Both the position numbers and the translations under genes were made by a program. Below, in pieces: positions 8,207 to 17,197 of a DNA stretch of 39,596 nucleotides (positions within the stretch are counted from its first letter, which is position 1; every line of letters begins with the position of its first letter). The notes beneath the pieces were generated by a model. That model worked only from the letters and a program-made list of their open reading frames with translations. It did not search any database and was not told the origin of the DNA. This DNA comes from a virus (taxonomy: Duplodnaviria; Heunggongvirae; Uroviricota; Caudoviricetes), in IMG/VR virus record IMGVR_UViG_2721755756_000002; one strand, given 5' to 3'.

Positions 8207-8851
8207 ATGAGTATAAAAGAATTAATATCTACTGTCATTGTGAGTGCTGGAGGTGTAGGATTTATTTTATGGTTTGCAGCAAAGTCTATTGCTAAATCTT
8301 CTTTTGATAGGTACATGCAGAAAGTGAAGAATGATTATGATAAGGAATTAGCAGGCATTAAGCACTCTTATGAATCTGAATTAGTTTTACTGAAAGCAAA
8401 ATTTGAGTCAATTACTTATATATCAAAAAAGCAATTTGAAAAAGAATTAACTATTTATCAAGAAATTTGGCAAAGTGTTGCTGAATTGATTTGCTTAATT
8501 GAGAATCCGTCATATGATGAAGTAGTTGGACATAGTGAAGTTTTTATGTCAGACTATTTTGGAGAAGAATTCAATAGATATTATTCATCTTTTATTACTT
8601 CATTTACTAAATATGAGCCATTTTTAAATGATGATATCTTAACACTCTTTAAAAATTTCAAAGAAATCGTTTCTGATTATAAAAAAGAATTGAATACAAC
8701 TATTTGGAATGGCGAAATAAATGGTGAACCACTAACAACTGAGGATGTAAAGTATTTTAATAATATTGCACCTGGAGAAATAAAAAAAGAGGCAAATGCT
8801 CTACAAATGAAGATAAGAGAATACTTACAATCCTTAAAAGTAGAATTGTGA
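8207..8851 (+). CDS. AT-rich moron: N-terminal transmembrane helix plus coiled coil, unknown function
   Basis: GGGAGG RBS before ATG 8207; hydrophobic ISTVIVSAGGVGFILWFAA; helical remainder; visibly AT-richer codons. Confidence 0.8.
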   Translation: MSIKELISTVIVSAGGVGFILWFAAKSIAKSSFDRYMQKVKNDYDKELAGIKHSYESELVLLKAKFESITYISKKQFEKELTIYQEIWQSVAELICLIENPSYDEVVGHSEVFMSDYFGEEFNRYYSSFITSFTKYEPFLNDDILTLFKNFKEIVSDYKKELNTTIWNGEINGEPLTTEDVKYFNNIAPGEIKKEANALQMKIREYLQSLKVEL

Positions 8852-8860
8852 TGCAATATT

Positions 8861-9480
8861 ATGTTTGAAAAGCGGGAACACTGGCTCACCGGTGATGCGG
8901 TGGGTGACGAAGCGTTAAGTGTTGGTGTACAAGAGGCGGTAAGGTACACGTTAGGCCTTTGATTGCGGGAGCTGCATTAGTGCCAACATAGCGGCCAAAG
9001 CGCTGATGGTAGGCTGAACACCTCTCTTCGAAGTGTCCCACTCAGCCTTGTATATGGCTTAGCTTGGTGTCTGGAAATCTTCCGGAGGTCATGTTGTCGG
9101 AGATAAATACATTCCATTGATCCACAACGCCCAAGTACACAGTCATGGAAGCTGTGTATGTTTGTTTGGTAACAGCGATAAGGAATCCTACGGGACTTAT
9201 CTGCGGCCGTGGCGGCAGGCTGAAGACCGTTGCTCTGGAGTGTATGCTGAACGCTATCCCCTCTACGGCAGGAGGAAAAGCCAATTATAAAGCACATAGA
9301 AGCCGCCCGTTATATGGGAACCGGTTGTACATGTGCTTTTCTATTTGCTCAATTTGATAGATTCCATAACCTCGGCATAAGGGGAATCGCTTACTGAAAC
9401 CGGATGCCAAAGACGATAGCAGACAGTCACCGGCTTAAAATCTGCACATACACGGAAAAAGGGAGAGAACCTCCCTTTAT
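8861..9480 (+). ncRNA. Large structured ncRNA, ROOL-like (GOLLD or a new class not excluded)
   Basis: About 620 nt, GC-richer than its flanks, no RBS-supported ORF. Many helices (e.g. 8925-30/8944-49, 9011-17/9042-48, 9136-42/9152-58, 9177-82/9196-9201 with a cUACGg loop, 9289-97/9331-39, 9458-65/9471-78). Abuts a tRNA cluster in a prophage. Ends are approximate. Confidence 0.6.
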
Positions 9481-9554
9481 ATACCTCTGGTGTAAAGGAA
9501 ACATAACGGTCTCCAAAACCGTTGCTCTCAGTTCGATTCTGAGGAGGTATGCCA
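9481..9554 (+). tRNA. tRNA-Trp (CCA)
   Basis: ATACCTC/GAGGTAT acceptor, ACGGT-CTCCAAA-ACCGT anticodon arm, CTCAG-TTCGATT-CTGAG T arm, G73 and encoded CCA. Confidence 0.92.
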
Positions 9555-9558
9555 ATAT

Positions 9559-9632
9559 TTCCGATTAGCCAAATGGAAAGGCAATGGACTTTGAATCCAT
9601 GAGTTCTGGTTCGACCCCAGAATCGGAAACCA
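9559..9632 (+). tRNA. tRNA-Gln (TTG)
   Basis: TTCCGAT/ATCGGAA acceptor, ATGGA-CTTTGAA-TCCAT anticodon arm, TCTGG-TTCGACC-CCAGA T arm, encoded CCA. Confidence 0.92.
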
Positions 9633-9890
9633 TTTAACACTTCTGAGCGGTTGTATTTGAGATTAAAGTAGCCAAGCATCAGATAGGCTTGCTTAAATAC
9701 GTAGAACGATACCACGCTCATTCGTATACACGGTTTCACTCAAATAATAGAGTGATGTGGCAGTACATGGTTTTTCTCCTCCAACTTGCGTAAATATACC
9801 TCCCTTTCTGTTTTTATCCTTTATGTTTATGTACTGCAAAATACAAAAAAGCTGCACAGTACCTATCGCCTTGTCTGTGCGGCAACATAT

Positions 9891-9964
9891 AGCGGAGTAG
9901 AGCAGTAGCAGCTCGCCACCCTCATAAGGTGGGGCGTGGGTGCAATTCCCGCCTCTCGCAACCA
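9891..9964 (+). tRNA. Atypical tRNA-Met (CAT), initiator-like
   Basis: GAGC/GCTC D-stem, CCACC-CTCATAA-GGTGG anticodon arm, GTGGG-TGCAATT-CCCGC T arm, ACCA end; 1-nt bulge in the acceptor stem. Confidence 0.75.
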
Positions 9965-9986
9965 ACAAATGAAAGCTGGTGATTCA

Positions 9987-10169
9987 ATGGTTAAAGAAAG
10001 TATAGTGAATGGGTTCTTTTGGCTTATGTCTGTATCAGAAGCGATGATGATTATAAAACCTTGGATTTATGGATTATTTTCTTGTATTATACCATTTTTA
10101 TTAGTTTCACTTTGTATATTTGCAAAGTACCGGTTCTTGTTTTGGATTTATAAAAATTTGCCATGGTAA
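9987..10169 (+). CDS. Small membrane protein
   Basis: GGTGA RBS before ATG 9987; two hydrophobic segments. Confidence 0.6.
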   Translation: MVKESIVNGFFWLMSVSEAMMIIKPWIYGLFSCIIPFLLVSLCIFAKYRFLFWIYKNLPW

Positions 10170-10181
10170 AGGAGGGATTAC

Positions 10182-10481
10182 ATGAGAGTAAGAAAGAAAC
10201 CAGTCATAGTGGAAGCGTTGCAGTGGACAGGCAAAAATCATAGAGAAATGTTTGATTTCTTGACAGGTTATCAAAAACAAAATGAATTTATGACAGCTTA
10301 CGGAGATACATTTTATATCGATCACGATAAAGTAAAGGGTGGGCTAATCATTAGAACTCTGGAAGGTGAGCATATCGCTGAAATCGGTGATTACATCATT
10401 AAGGGAGTGCACGGGGAATTTTATCCTTGCAAGTCGGATATTTTCGAGGAAACGTACAAAATAATCAATGAAGACGATTGA
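10182..10481 (+). CDS. Conserved phage protein (RKKPV..EA.QW / TLEG...GDYII.GV.GEFYPCK family)
   Basis: AAGGAGG RBS; widely recurring phage protein motif. Confidence 0.85.
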   Translation: MRVRKKPVIVEALQWTGKNHREMFDFLTGYQKQNEFMTAYGDTFYIDHDKVKGGLIIRTLEGEHIAEIGDYIIKGVHGEFYPCKSDIFEETYKIINEDD

Positions 10482-12105
10482 GTTAATCAACATCCTTCTT
10501 GAACAGCGTGATTGCAAAAGATACCAAAATCTGGATGATTTATTTGAACTTCTACGAATATATGAGCCTGAAGACATGGTGCATGCACACCGGCTTAATA
10601 AGGTAGTTCGTGATGTGTCTGTAAAGCAATCAAAAAATGCATTTTTACCGATATCAGAGAGAGAACGTTTCATACAACTGTATAAGCGTTCTCTTTTATT
10701 TGATGCGCCGATAGATTTTGATGCGTATTTACTTTATGTGGAATTTGATCGGGACCCAGATAAACGATTCTATTTACCACGGCGAAAGATTCTAAAGGAC
10801 AAGCTTATTCGGCACCTTCAGGACTTAGCCGATGATGTGATAGACATATTAACGATTTCAATGCCACCAGGTACCGGTAAATCAACTGCCGGTATTTTCT
10901 TTTTATCATGGCTGATGGGTAGGAATCCAGAAAAATGTAATCTAGCATCTGGTCATGCTGACGGATTGACCAGAGGTTTTTATGATGGTGTTATGTCTAT
11001 AATCACTGACCCCGAGTATCTTTGGCACGATGTGTTTCCCGATGTTCAATTGGTCAATAAAAGTGCAAAATATGAAACACTTGATTTGGATAAGGTTAAG
11101 CGATTTCCTTCGTTAACTTGTAGAGCTATAGATGGATCCTTGACTGGAGCAACACGATGTGAAGGAATACTTTATGTCGATGACCTTGTATCCGGTATCG
11201 AGGAAGCTTTGTCTATTGATCGTATGGACAGGCTGTGGATGAAGTACTTTAATGATTTGAAGTCGCGTAAGAAAATGAAGTGTAAAGAACTCCATATTGC
11301 TACACGATGGTCAGTACATGATCCTATCGGTCGGCTTGAAAGAGATAACGAAAATAATCCTAGAGCAAGATTTATTTGCATTCCAGCTCTGGATGAAAAT
11401 GGTGAATCCAACTTCAATTATGATTTTGGCGTAGGCTTTGATACTGAGTATTTCAAAAACATTGAAAAAGATATGGATGAAGTATCATTCTTGGCGCTTT
11501 ATATGAATCAGCCTATTGAGCGTGAAGGACTACTGTTTCCGGAAAAAGAACTCCGGTATTTTAATGGGATACTTCCGCAGATTAAACCAGATTGTATATA
11601 TTCTGCATCTGACGTTGCGTGGGGCGGTGGAGATAGCTATTCACAACCATTTGGTTATCAGTTTGGTGAAGATGTATACATCCCTGATTGGATATTCGAT
11701 AAAGGTGATAAGACAGTGACAAGACCAAGAGTAATTGGCAAAATGTCGCTACATAAACCACATCTATCAAAATTTGAAGCAAACAATGGTGGTCATGAGT
11801 ATTCAGATAAAGTGGATGAAGAATTGAGGAAGATTGGCGTTCATATGAATATCACATCCGAAGTGTCTCCGAGCAATAAGTCAAAGTTATCAAGGATAAT
11901 CAGATGGGCACCGGATATAAAACGCTTCATCTTTGTTGATAAAGCCAATAGAAGTAAGGAATACGACAAGGCAATGAAAGAATTGACAACGTTTCTTCAG
12001 ACAGGGAAATCACCACATGATGATTCTCCGGATAGCCTCGCTATGCTGGCAGAATTGATATATGAAGGTGGAACAAGTTATGAAATCGGTGATAGGCCGT
12101 TTTAG
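10468..12105 (+). CDS. terL: Terminase large subunit
   Basis: Walker A MPPGTGKST, Walker B YVDD, C-terminal nuclease motifs DVAWGGGD and HDDSPDSL. Confidence 0.95.
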   Translation: MKTIELINILLEQRDCKRYQNLDDLFELLRIYEPEDMVHAHRLNKVVRDVSVKQSKNAFLPISERERFIQLYKRSLLFDAPIDFDAYLLYVEFDRDPDKRFYLPRRKILKDKLIRHLQDLADDVIDILTISMPPGTGKSTAGIFFLSWLMGRNPEKCNLASGHADGLTRGFYDGVMSIITDPEYLWHDVFPDVQLVNKSAKYETLDLDKVKRFPSLTCRAIDGSLTGATRCEGILYVDDLVSGIEEALSIDRMDRLWMKYFNDLKSRKKMKCKELHIATRWSVHDPIGRLERDNENNPRARFICIPALDENGESNFNYDFGVGFDTEYFKNIEKDMDEVSFLALYMNQPIEREGLLFPEKELRYFNGILPQIKPDCIYSASDVAWGGGDSYSQPFGYQFGEDVYIPDWIFDKGDKTVTRPRVIGKMSLHKPHLSKFEANNGGHEYSDKVDEELRKIGVHMNITSEVSPSNKSKLSRIIRWAPDIKRFIFVDKANRSKEYDKAMKELTTFLQTGKSPHDDSPDSLAMLAELIYEGGTSYEIGDRPF

Positions 12106-12118
12106 AAAGGAAATTTGT

Positions 12119-12259
12119 ATGAAAAAGAAAAGCAGAGAGATTAGAGCAGCGCCGCCTGCACCATGCAGTAAGAAAACAGAGTGCAAAGGTAGAGTATGCA
12201 GCAATCCGGCATGTGAAGACTGGCGCATCTATAGAAACAAGTATTTAATCAAAGGGTAA
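12119..12259 (+). CDS. Small Cys-rich hypothetical protein (46 aa)
   Basis: GAAAGGA RBS before ATG 12119; lies between terL and portal. Confidence 0.5.
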   Translation: MKKKSREIRAAPPAPCSKKTECKGRVCSNPACEDWRIYRNKYLIKG

Positions 12260-12305
12260 GCAGGCACTATATGTGCTTTTTTATTACCAGAAGGGAGGTG
12301 GATGG

Positions 12306-13760
12306 ATGATAGAGATAGAATTGTTTGGCAGACAGGAAATATTCATACCACGGCAAGAAATAACGGAAGAAACACTTCCTAAAATATTGGCAAGGGCAAT
12401 GGCTATCCATTCTACCAATGCAGCGCAGATACATTATCTTTGGAATTACTATAAGGGAAAGCAACCTATTCTTGAAAGAGTAAAGAGAGTACGACCCGAA
12501 ATATGCAATAAGCTAGTAATTAATCATGCATATGAAATCATGAATTTCTACATGGGATATGTTTTTGGTGATCCTATCCAGTATGTGCAGCGAGGAATAC
12601 ACGGTGCAAAAGAAGGATACTCTGATGTAAACAATGTATCTATGCTTAATGAGCTTATGGCTGATGACGATAAAGCTTCAAAAGACCGGGAGTTAGGTGA
12701 ATGGATGCTTGCATGCGGTGTCGGATACCGGATGACTATGCCGGCAGTTGATGACGATGCAGTATTTGAAACTGAGATATTAGACCCTAGAGTTACATTC
12801 GTTGTGAAGGATACTGGCTTTGGTAAGAAGCCTTGGCTTTGTGTGACCTTCAATAAAAAGATGAACAAAGGATTTGAGTATTATGAAATGTTCGGATATA
12901 CCAAGGATGTGTTCTTCACCTGTGAGGAATTCAATTCTACTTATCGAAAATACAGAATAGAAAACCATGTTTTGAATCAATTGCCTATTGCTGAATATCC
13001 ATTAGGTACTGTCAGGCTTGGCGCTTTTGAACCGGTGCACTCTATTTTGAATGCTATTAATAATGTGGAATCAAATAGAAGTGATGGTATTGAACAAAAA
13101 ATTCAAAGTTTCTTAAAATTTTTAAATTGTGATATCGTCCCAGAAAAATTCGATGAATTCAGGGAAAAAGGCATGATAAAGATTAAGGTTCCGCAAGGCA
13201 GTAGAGGCGATGTTGAATATGTAGAGGTTGATTTAAACCAAACGGATTCACAAATATATGTAGATTCCTTATACCAAAAAATGCTGCAAATCGCAGGCGT
13301 GCCAGATAGAAATGCTTCCGCCGGTGGAAATACCGGACAAGCACTTATTATCGGGCAGGGATGGTCTAACGCCGAAGCTAGAGCGAAATCCATAGAACTT
13401 TCATTCAAGCGTAGTGAAAAATTGTTTTTGAAGATGGTGCTGAGAATTATTCAGGATACGTTGAATGTAGAGCCACAATTAAGGCAGCTGAAACTTTGGG
13501 ATATTGATATCAAGTTCACACGAAATAAAACGGACAGCATACTAGTTAAGGCACAAGCGTTACTTAATCTGTTGGAAGCAGGAGTGCATCCACGTATTGC
13601 ATTTACTATTTGTGGACTGTTTAACGACCCAGAGCAGGCGTATGTTGATTCACAGCCATACTTAAATGCCAAATGGCTAAGAGATTTGAAGACGAATGTA
13701 CAAGAAGGCGATATCAAAAATGAAAATGATGTCTTGCCAAAATTACCGGTTACCGGATAA
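12306..13760 (+). CDS. Portal protein (SPP1 gp6-like)
   Basis: GGGAGGTG RBS; YYKGKQPI...NKLVINHAYEIMNFYMGYVFGDPIQY; follows terL. Confidence 0.92.
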   Translation: MIEIELFGRQEIFIPRQEITEETLPKILARAMAIHSTNAAQIHYLWNYYKGKQPILERVKRVRPEICNKLVINHAYEIMNFYMGYVFGDPIQYVQRGIHGAKEGYSDVNNVSMLNELMADDDKASKDRELGEWMLACGVGYRMTMPAVDDDAVFETEILDPRVTFVVKDTGFGKKPWLCVTFNKKMNKGFEYYEMFGYTKDVFFTCEEFNSTYRKYRIENHVLNQLPIAEYPLGTVRLGAFEPVHSILNAINNVESNRSDGIEQKIQSFLKFLNCDIVPEKFDEFREKGMIKIKVPQGSRGDVEYVEVDLNQTDSQIYVDSLYQKMLQIAGVPDRNASAGGNTGQALIIGQGWSNAEARAKSIELSFKRSEKLFLKMVLRIIQDTLNVEPQLRQLKLWDIDIKFTRNKTDSILVKAQALLNLLEAGVHPRIAFTICGLFNDPEQAYVDSQPYLNAKWLRDLKTNVQEGDIKNENDVLPKLPVTG

Positions 13761-13880
13761 TGACCTGAATAAGTCATTACGAAAATAAACTGTTCATTTT
13801 TTATTGCCTGATCCACAGGCATATGTGGATGAATCCTACAGCGTAGCAACGCTATATAAATGCTAAGGAGAATGATATTT

Positions 13881-14459
13881 ATGGAATGGATTAAAAAGAT
13901 TATCGAAAAGCACACAGGAGAAGACGGCAAACTGAATCTCGCTGAAGCAATCAAGGAAATCAATAAAGAGGCACCTAAAAATGTAGTGCCAAAAGATGTA
14001 TACAATACCGTTGCAGCGGAGAAAAAGACTGCTGAAGCTAAGGTGAAAGAATACGAAGGAACACAATTATCTGAGGCTGAAAAACAGCAGCAGGCCATTG
14101 ACGAAGCTAATGCTGAAAAAGAAAAATATCAGAAGATGGCAAATAAACTGGAAGTTGAAAAAGTCCTGATCACTGCCGGCATGCAGGAAGATGATTATAA
14201 GGATTTTATCGACGGTATTGTTACAAGTGATAAAGATGCATCTGTATCTGTAGCAACAGCTATGGCAACGACCTTTAAAACAAAAATGGCGGCCGCTGAA
14301 GCGCAGGCAAAGAACGATCAGCTGAAAAATACACCACGCCCAGATGGCGGAGATGGTAGCAGCGGAGAAACGAAACCAAAAGATGTTCAGTTGGCAGAAC
14401 AACTGGCTGAAACTGCTAATACGCAGGGTGGATTCACAGCATATTTGAAAGGAGAATGA
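13881..14459 (+). CDS. Capsid scaffolding protein
   Basis: AAGGAG RBS; charged coiled coil with a C-terminal TPRPDGG tail; precedes the capsid genes. Confidence 0.8.
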   Translation: MEWIKKIIEKHTGEDGKLNLAEAIKEINKEAPKNVVPKDVYNTVAAEKKTAEAKVKEYEGTQLSEAEKQQQAIDEANAEKEKYQKMANKLEVEKVLITAGMQEDDYKDFIDGIVTSDKDASVSVATAMATTFKTKMAAAEAQAKNDQLKNTPRPDGGDGSSGETKPKDVQLAEQLAETANTQGGFTAYLKGE

Positions 14460-14463
14460 AATA

Positions 14464-14811
14464 ATGAAGGTGACTTATAGAGAGTTTGGTAGTGGAATCA
14501 ACGTAGTAAGTAATGAGCATTTTGTTGCTATTCCATATCATGTTGATTTTAGCAAAGTAACAGAAATAGCGTATGGTGAAGTAAAAGTAGTTAAGGCAGG
14601 AACACCAATGGCAAAGAATGGTATCAAGGCCACGGTAACTGAAGGAAAATCAAACGCTATCGGTATACTGATGCATGATGTGTATGATGATAACCCAAAT
14701 ACTTCATTGATAGTTCATGGTTTTGTCGATAAAACAAAGGCAGAGAAAAATACTGGTGAGACTTACGATGAAGCTACACTGGCGGCATTGCCGATGATTC
14801 AACTTTTATAG
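14464..14811 (+). CDS. Head decoration/cement protein
   Basis: KVVKAGTP...AIGILMHDV...LIVHGFV pattern; lies between scaffold and major capsid protein. Confidence 0.7.
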   Translation: MKVTYREFGSGINVVSNEHFVAIPYHVDFSKVTEIAYGEVKVVKAGTPMAKNGIKATVTEGKSNAIGILMHDVYDDNPNTSLIVHGFVDKTKAEKNTGETYDEATLAALPMIQLL

Positions 14812-14830
14812 GAAAGGAGATTGAAAAAAA

Positions 14831-15895
14831 ATGAGATTGATTGATGTATATAGCGCCAAAGCGTTAGCAGCTTATTTTACGCATGCGCATAGTAATGACA
14901 GACCATATCTTGGACTGACATTATTTCCGAGAAAGAAAAAGATGGGATTGGATTTAAAATGGATCAAGGGATATAAGGGGTTGCCTGTACCACTGAACCC
15001 AAGCGCATTTGATACGAAATCAAAAGGCAGAGGGAAATTGAAAATGCAGGATGTTAGCACACAGATGCCTTATTTTAAGGAGCATGTAATGGTTGATGAA
15101 GAAGATGAACAGGAAATCTTACGTGTTACTGAGGCTGGCGATCCGTATGCTCAGCAGGTACTTGACCACATCTATACTAAAGCAGATGATTTAATTATTA
15201 GCGCAGATGTCGTAGCTGAACGTATGATTTGGATGCTTCTGGCAGCAGAAAATGGTAAACCTGGTATTGATATCACAGCTGATGGTGCGAGCTATCAGTA
15301 TGATTATGATGAATCTGGAGAGTACAAGGCAGAGCACTTTGTGGAATTGACAGGCACAGATATGTGGAGTGACCATGAAAATTGTGATCCTATTGCAGAT
15401 GCTCAGATGGTAATTGATAAAGCATTGGCAAAAGGTGTTATTCTTAAGGCAATGGTCATTAGTCCTAAGACGATGAGTAATCTTGTTAAAAGTAAGAAAA
15501 TTGCTTCATATATCCTTGCTCAGAACTCAACAGCAAACATTTATATGAACAAGGCCAGAGTCAAAGAAGTCTTTAAAAACGAACTCAATATTGAAATTAT
15601 TGTTTATGAAAAGCTCTTTAAAGACTATGATGGCAAAGACAAGGCATATTACCCTGATACGATGGCCACATTCTTACCAGAAGGCGCATTAGGTAATCTG
15701 TGGTATGGAACATCCCCGATTGAGCGAAAGGCGTTGGGATCAAAAGATGCTAATGTATCTCAGGTTAATACTGGAGTAAACATTATGGTAACTCAGGAAC
15801 ATGATCCTGAAAATACAAAGACAGTGGTAGATGAAATCGTATTGCCGTCATTTGAATGTATGGATTCAGTATATTTGCTGAAGCATAGTGCGTAG
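14831..15895 (+). CDS. Major capsid protein (lambda gpE-like family)
   Basis: 354 aa; YLGLTLFPRKK...LKWIKG, MPYFKE, LGNLWYGTSP, VLPSFE motifs. Confidence 0.88.
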   Translation: MRLIDVYSAKALAAYFTHAHSNDRPYLGLTLFPRKKKMGLDLKWIKGYKGLPVPLNPSAFDTKSKGRGKLKMQDVSTQMPYFKEHVMVDEEDEQEILRVTEAGDPYAQQVLDHIYTKADDLIISADVVAERMIWMLLAAENGKPGIDITADGASYQYDYDESGEYKAEHFVELTGTDMWSDHENCDPIADAQMVIDKALAKGVILKAMVISPKTMSNLVKSKKIASYILAQNSTANIYMNKARVKEVFKNELNIEIIVYEKLFKDYDGKDKAYYPDTMATFLPEGALGNLWYGTSPIERKALGSKDANVSQVNTGVNIMVTQEHDPENTKTVVDEIVLPSFECMDSVYLLKHSA

Positions 15896-15908
15896 GAGGT
15901 AAATGAAT

Positions 15909-16247
15909 ATGGGAAGACCAACTAATGCTGAAATCGCTGCAAAGAAAGCCGCAGGAGAAGAAAAACGTAAAGCTGATGCGTTAGCTCAGCAAATTACTGG
16001 CGCTGAAGAAAGCGAGAGTGATTCTGCTAACAATGCAAATCCTGATGTCGCTCAGGATGACGGTAAAGAGGTTCCGACTGACCTGCCAGAAGATAAACCG
16101 GAGCCGGTAACAACAAAACCTGTAGAAGATATGCCAGAATCAACTATCACAGCGCCTACTTCTAAAGCAGATTATGTAACATATGATCACACGGTCAAAG
16201 TAAACGGAAAATTCTACGCAACTGGTGAAAGAGTACCAGTAGACTAG
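15909..16247 (+). CDS. Small head-associated protein with low-complexity linker
   Basis: AGGAGGT RBS; C-terminal HTVKVNGKFYATGERVPV; follows the major capsid gene. Confidence 0.7.
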   Translation: MGRPTNAEIAAKKAAGEEKRKADALAQQITGAEESESDSANNANPDVAQDDGKEVPTDLPEDKPEPVTTKPVEDMPESTITAPTSKADYVTYDHTVKVNGKFYATGERVPVD

Positions 16248-16255
16248 GATGATTC

Positions 16256-16654
16256 ATGATGACCTATGACGAGCGAAAGCAATTACTCTTCCGCCGGATA
16301 AAAGATGGTCTTCCTGCTGAGCTACTTGTGAATCAAGGAGATGTCATGCCATTGAGCATCGACACTCCTTTTGTTCCTTTTAACGCTGAATTGAGTCAGT
16401 ATCTTGATGATTTAATGCTCATGGCTAGAGAAATCATCTTTGAAAACCAGTATCCATTTGACGATCAAGAGAGACCGGCTGATGTCATGCCAAGATATCA
16501 CATGCTGCAAATACGTATCGCTATAGAAATCTTCGTCAAAGAAGGGGCGGAAGGAGAAATCGTTCATTCTGAAAGTGGTGTATCCAGAACTTACACAAGC
16601 TCAGATATTTCACCGGCATTGTTGAATCAGATAACTCCGATGTGCAGCGTATGA
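16256..16654 (+). CDS. Head-tail adaptor (SPP1 gp15-like)
   Basis: GAEGEIVHSESGVSRTY motif; position in the gene order. Confidence 0.8.
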   Translation: MMTYDERKQLLFRRIKDGLPAELLVNQGDVMPLSIDTPFVPFNAELSQYLDDLMLMAREIIFENQYPFDDQERPADVMPRYHMLQIRIAIEIFVKEGAEGEIVHSESGVSRTYTSSDISPALLNQITPMCSV

Positions 16655-17013
16655 GGATGTTGAGCAGAAACAAGCAGCGGTTATATATTGCATCACAAAT
16701 CATGGATGATGAGCTTGTAGATTCACATGGAAATCGACCATTTGATAAACCGTTTTTATTTTGTGAAAATCTGGCCAGTGTAGATGGGAAATCTGAAAAA
16801 GAAGAATATGGTGATCGTGTGAGAAATATGTATAAATCGGTTGTCATGCGTAAGAAGTGGGCTGGCAGCATCAAAGAAAACGATGTAGCTTATCTGGATG
16901 GAATTACACCTGATGGAGAAGCTCAGAACGGTGCATATGCAAATTATCGTGTTGAATCTGTAAGAAATACATCATTGAACATGATGACGATTTATTTTGA
17001 GAAGCTGCCATAA
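16642..17013 (+). CDS. Head closure/stopper protein
   Basis: Size and synteny; beta-rich. Confidence 0.65.
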   Translation: MQRMRMLSRNKQRLYIASQIMDDELVDSHGNRPFDKPFLFCENLASVDGKSEKEEYGDRVRNMYKSVVMRKKWAGSIKENDVAYLDGITPDGEAQNGAYANYRVESVRNTSLNMMTIYFEKLP

Positions 17014-17029
17014 AGAGAGGGGTGATGCA

Positions 17030-17197
17030 ATGAAATTGGTAAATGTTAAGGATCCGAACATTGAAATTGATGTTTGTGATTATATGGTGCCGGACTATCT
17101 TGGCACCCATGAATGGAAGTTGCCTGATAAAAAGGTGAATAAGAAACAGTCAAGCAAGCAATTTGATATTCAGAAGGATAAGAAAGAAGATAAATAA
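17030..17197 (+). CDS. Small hypothetical structural-region protein
   Basis: GAGGGGTGA RBS before ATG 17030. Confidence 0.6.
   Translation: MKLVNVKDPNIEIDVCDYMVPDYLGTHEWKLPDKKVNKKQSSKQFDIQKDKKEDK

Noticed and set aside
9481-9554. Suppressor tRNA or alternative genetic code
   Set aside because: The anticodon is CCA (standard Trp), and genes terminate normally at TAA, TAG and TGA.
8977-9968. Track ORFs 8977-9297, 9042-9284, 9145-9357, 9341-9739 and 9693-9968 as proteins
   Set aside because: No RBS, atypical composition, and they overlap clear tRNAs and the structured RNA.
10468-12105. Intron or intein in terL
   Set aside because: The ORF is continuous, of normal length, with no intein or homing-endonuclease motifs.
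13760-13880. Absence of an SPP1 gp7-like minor head gene between portal and scaffold
   Set aside because: Common variation among siphoviruses; not informative by itself.
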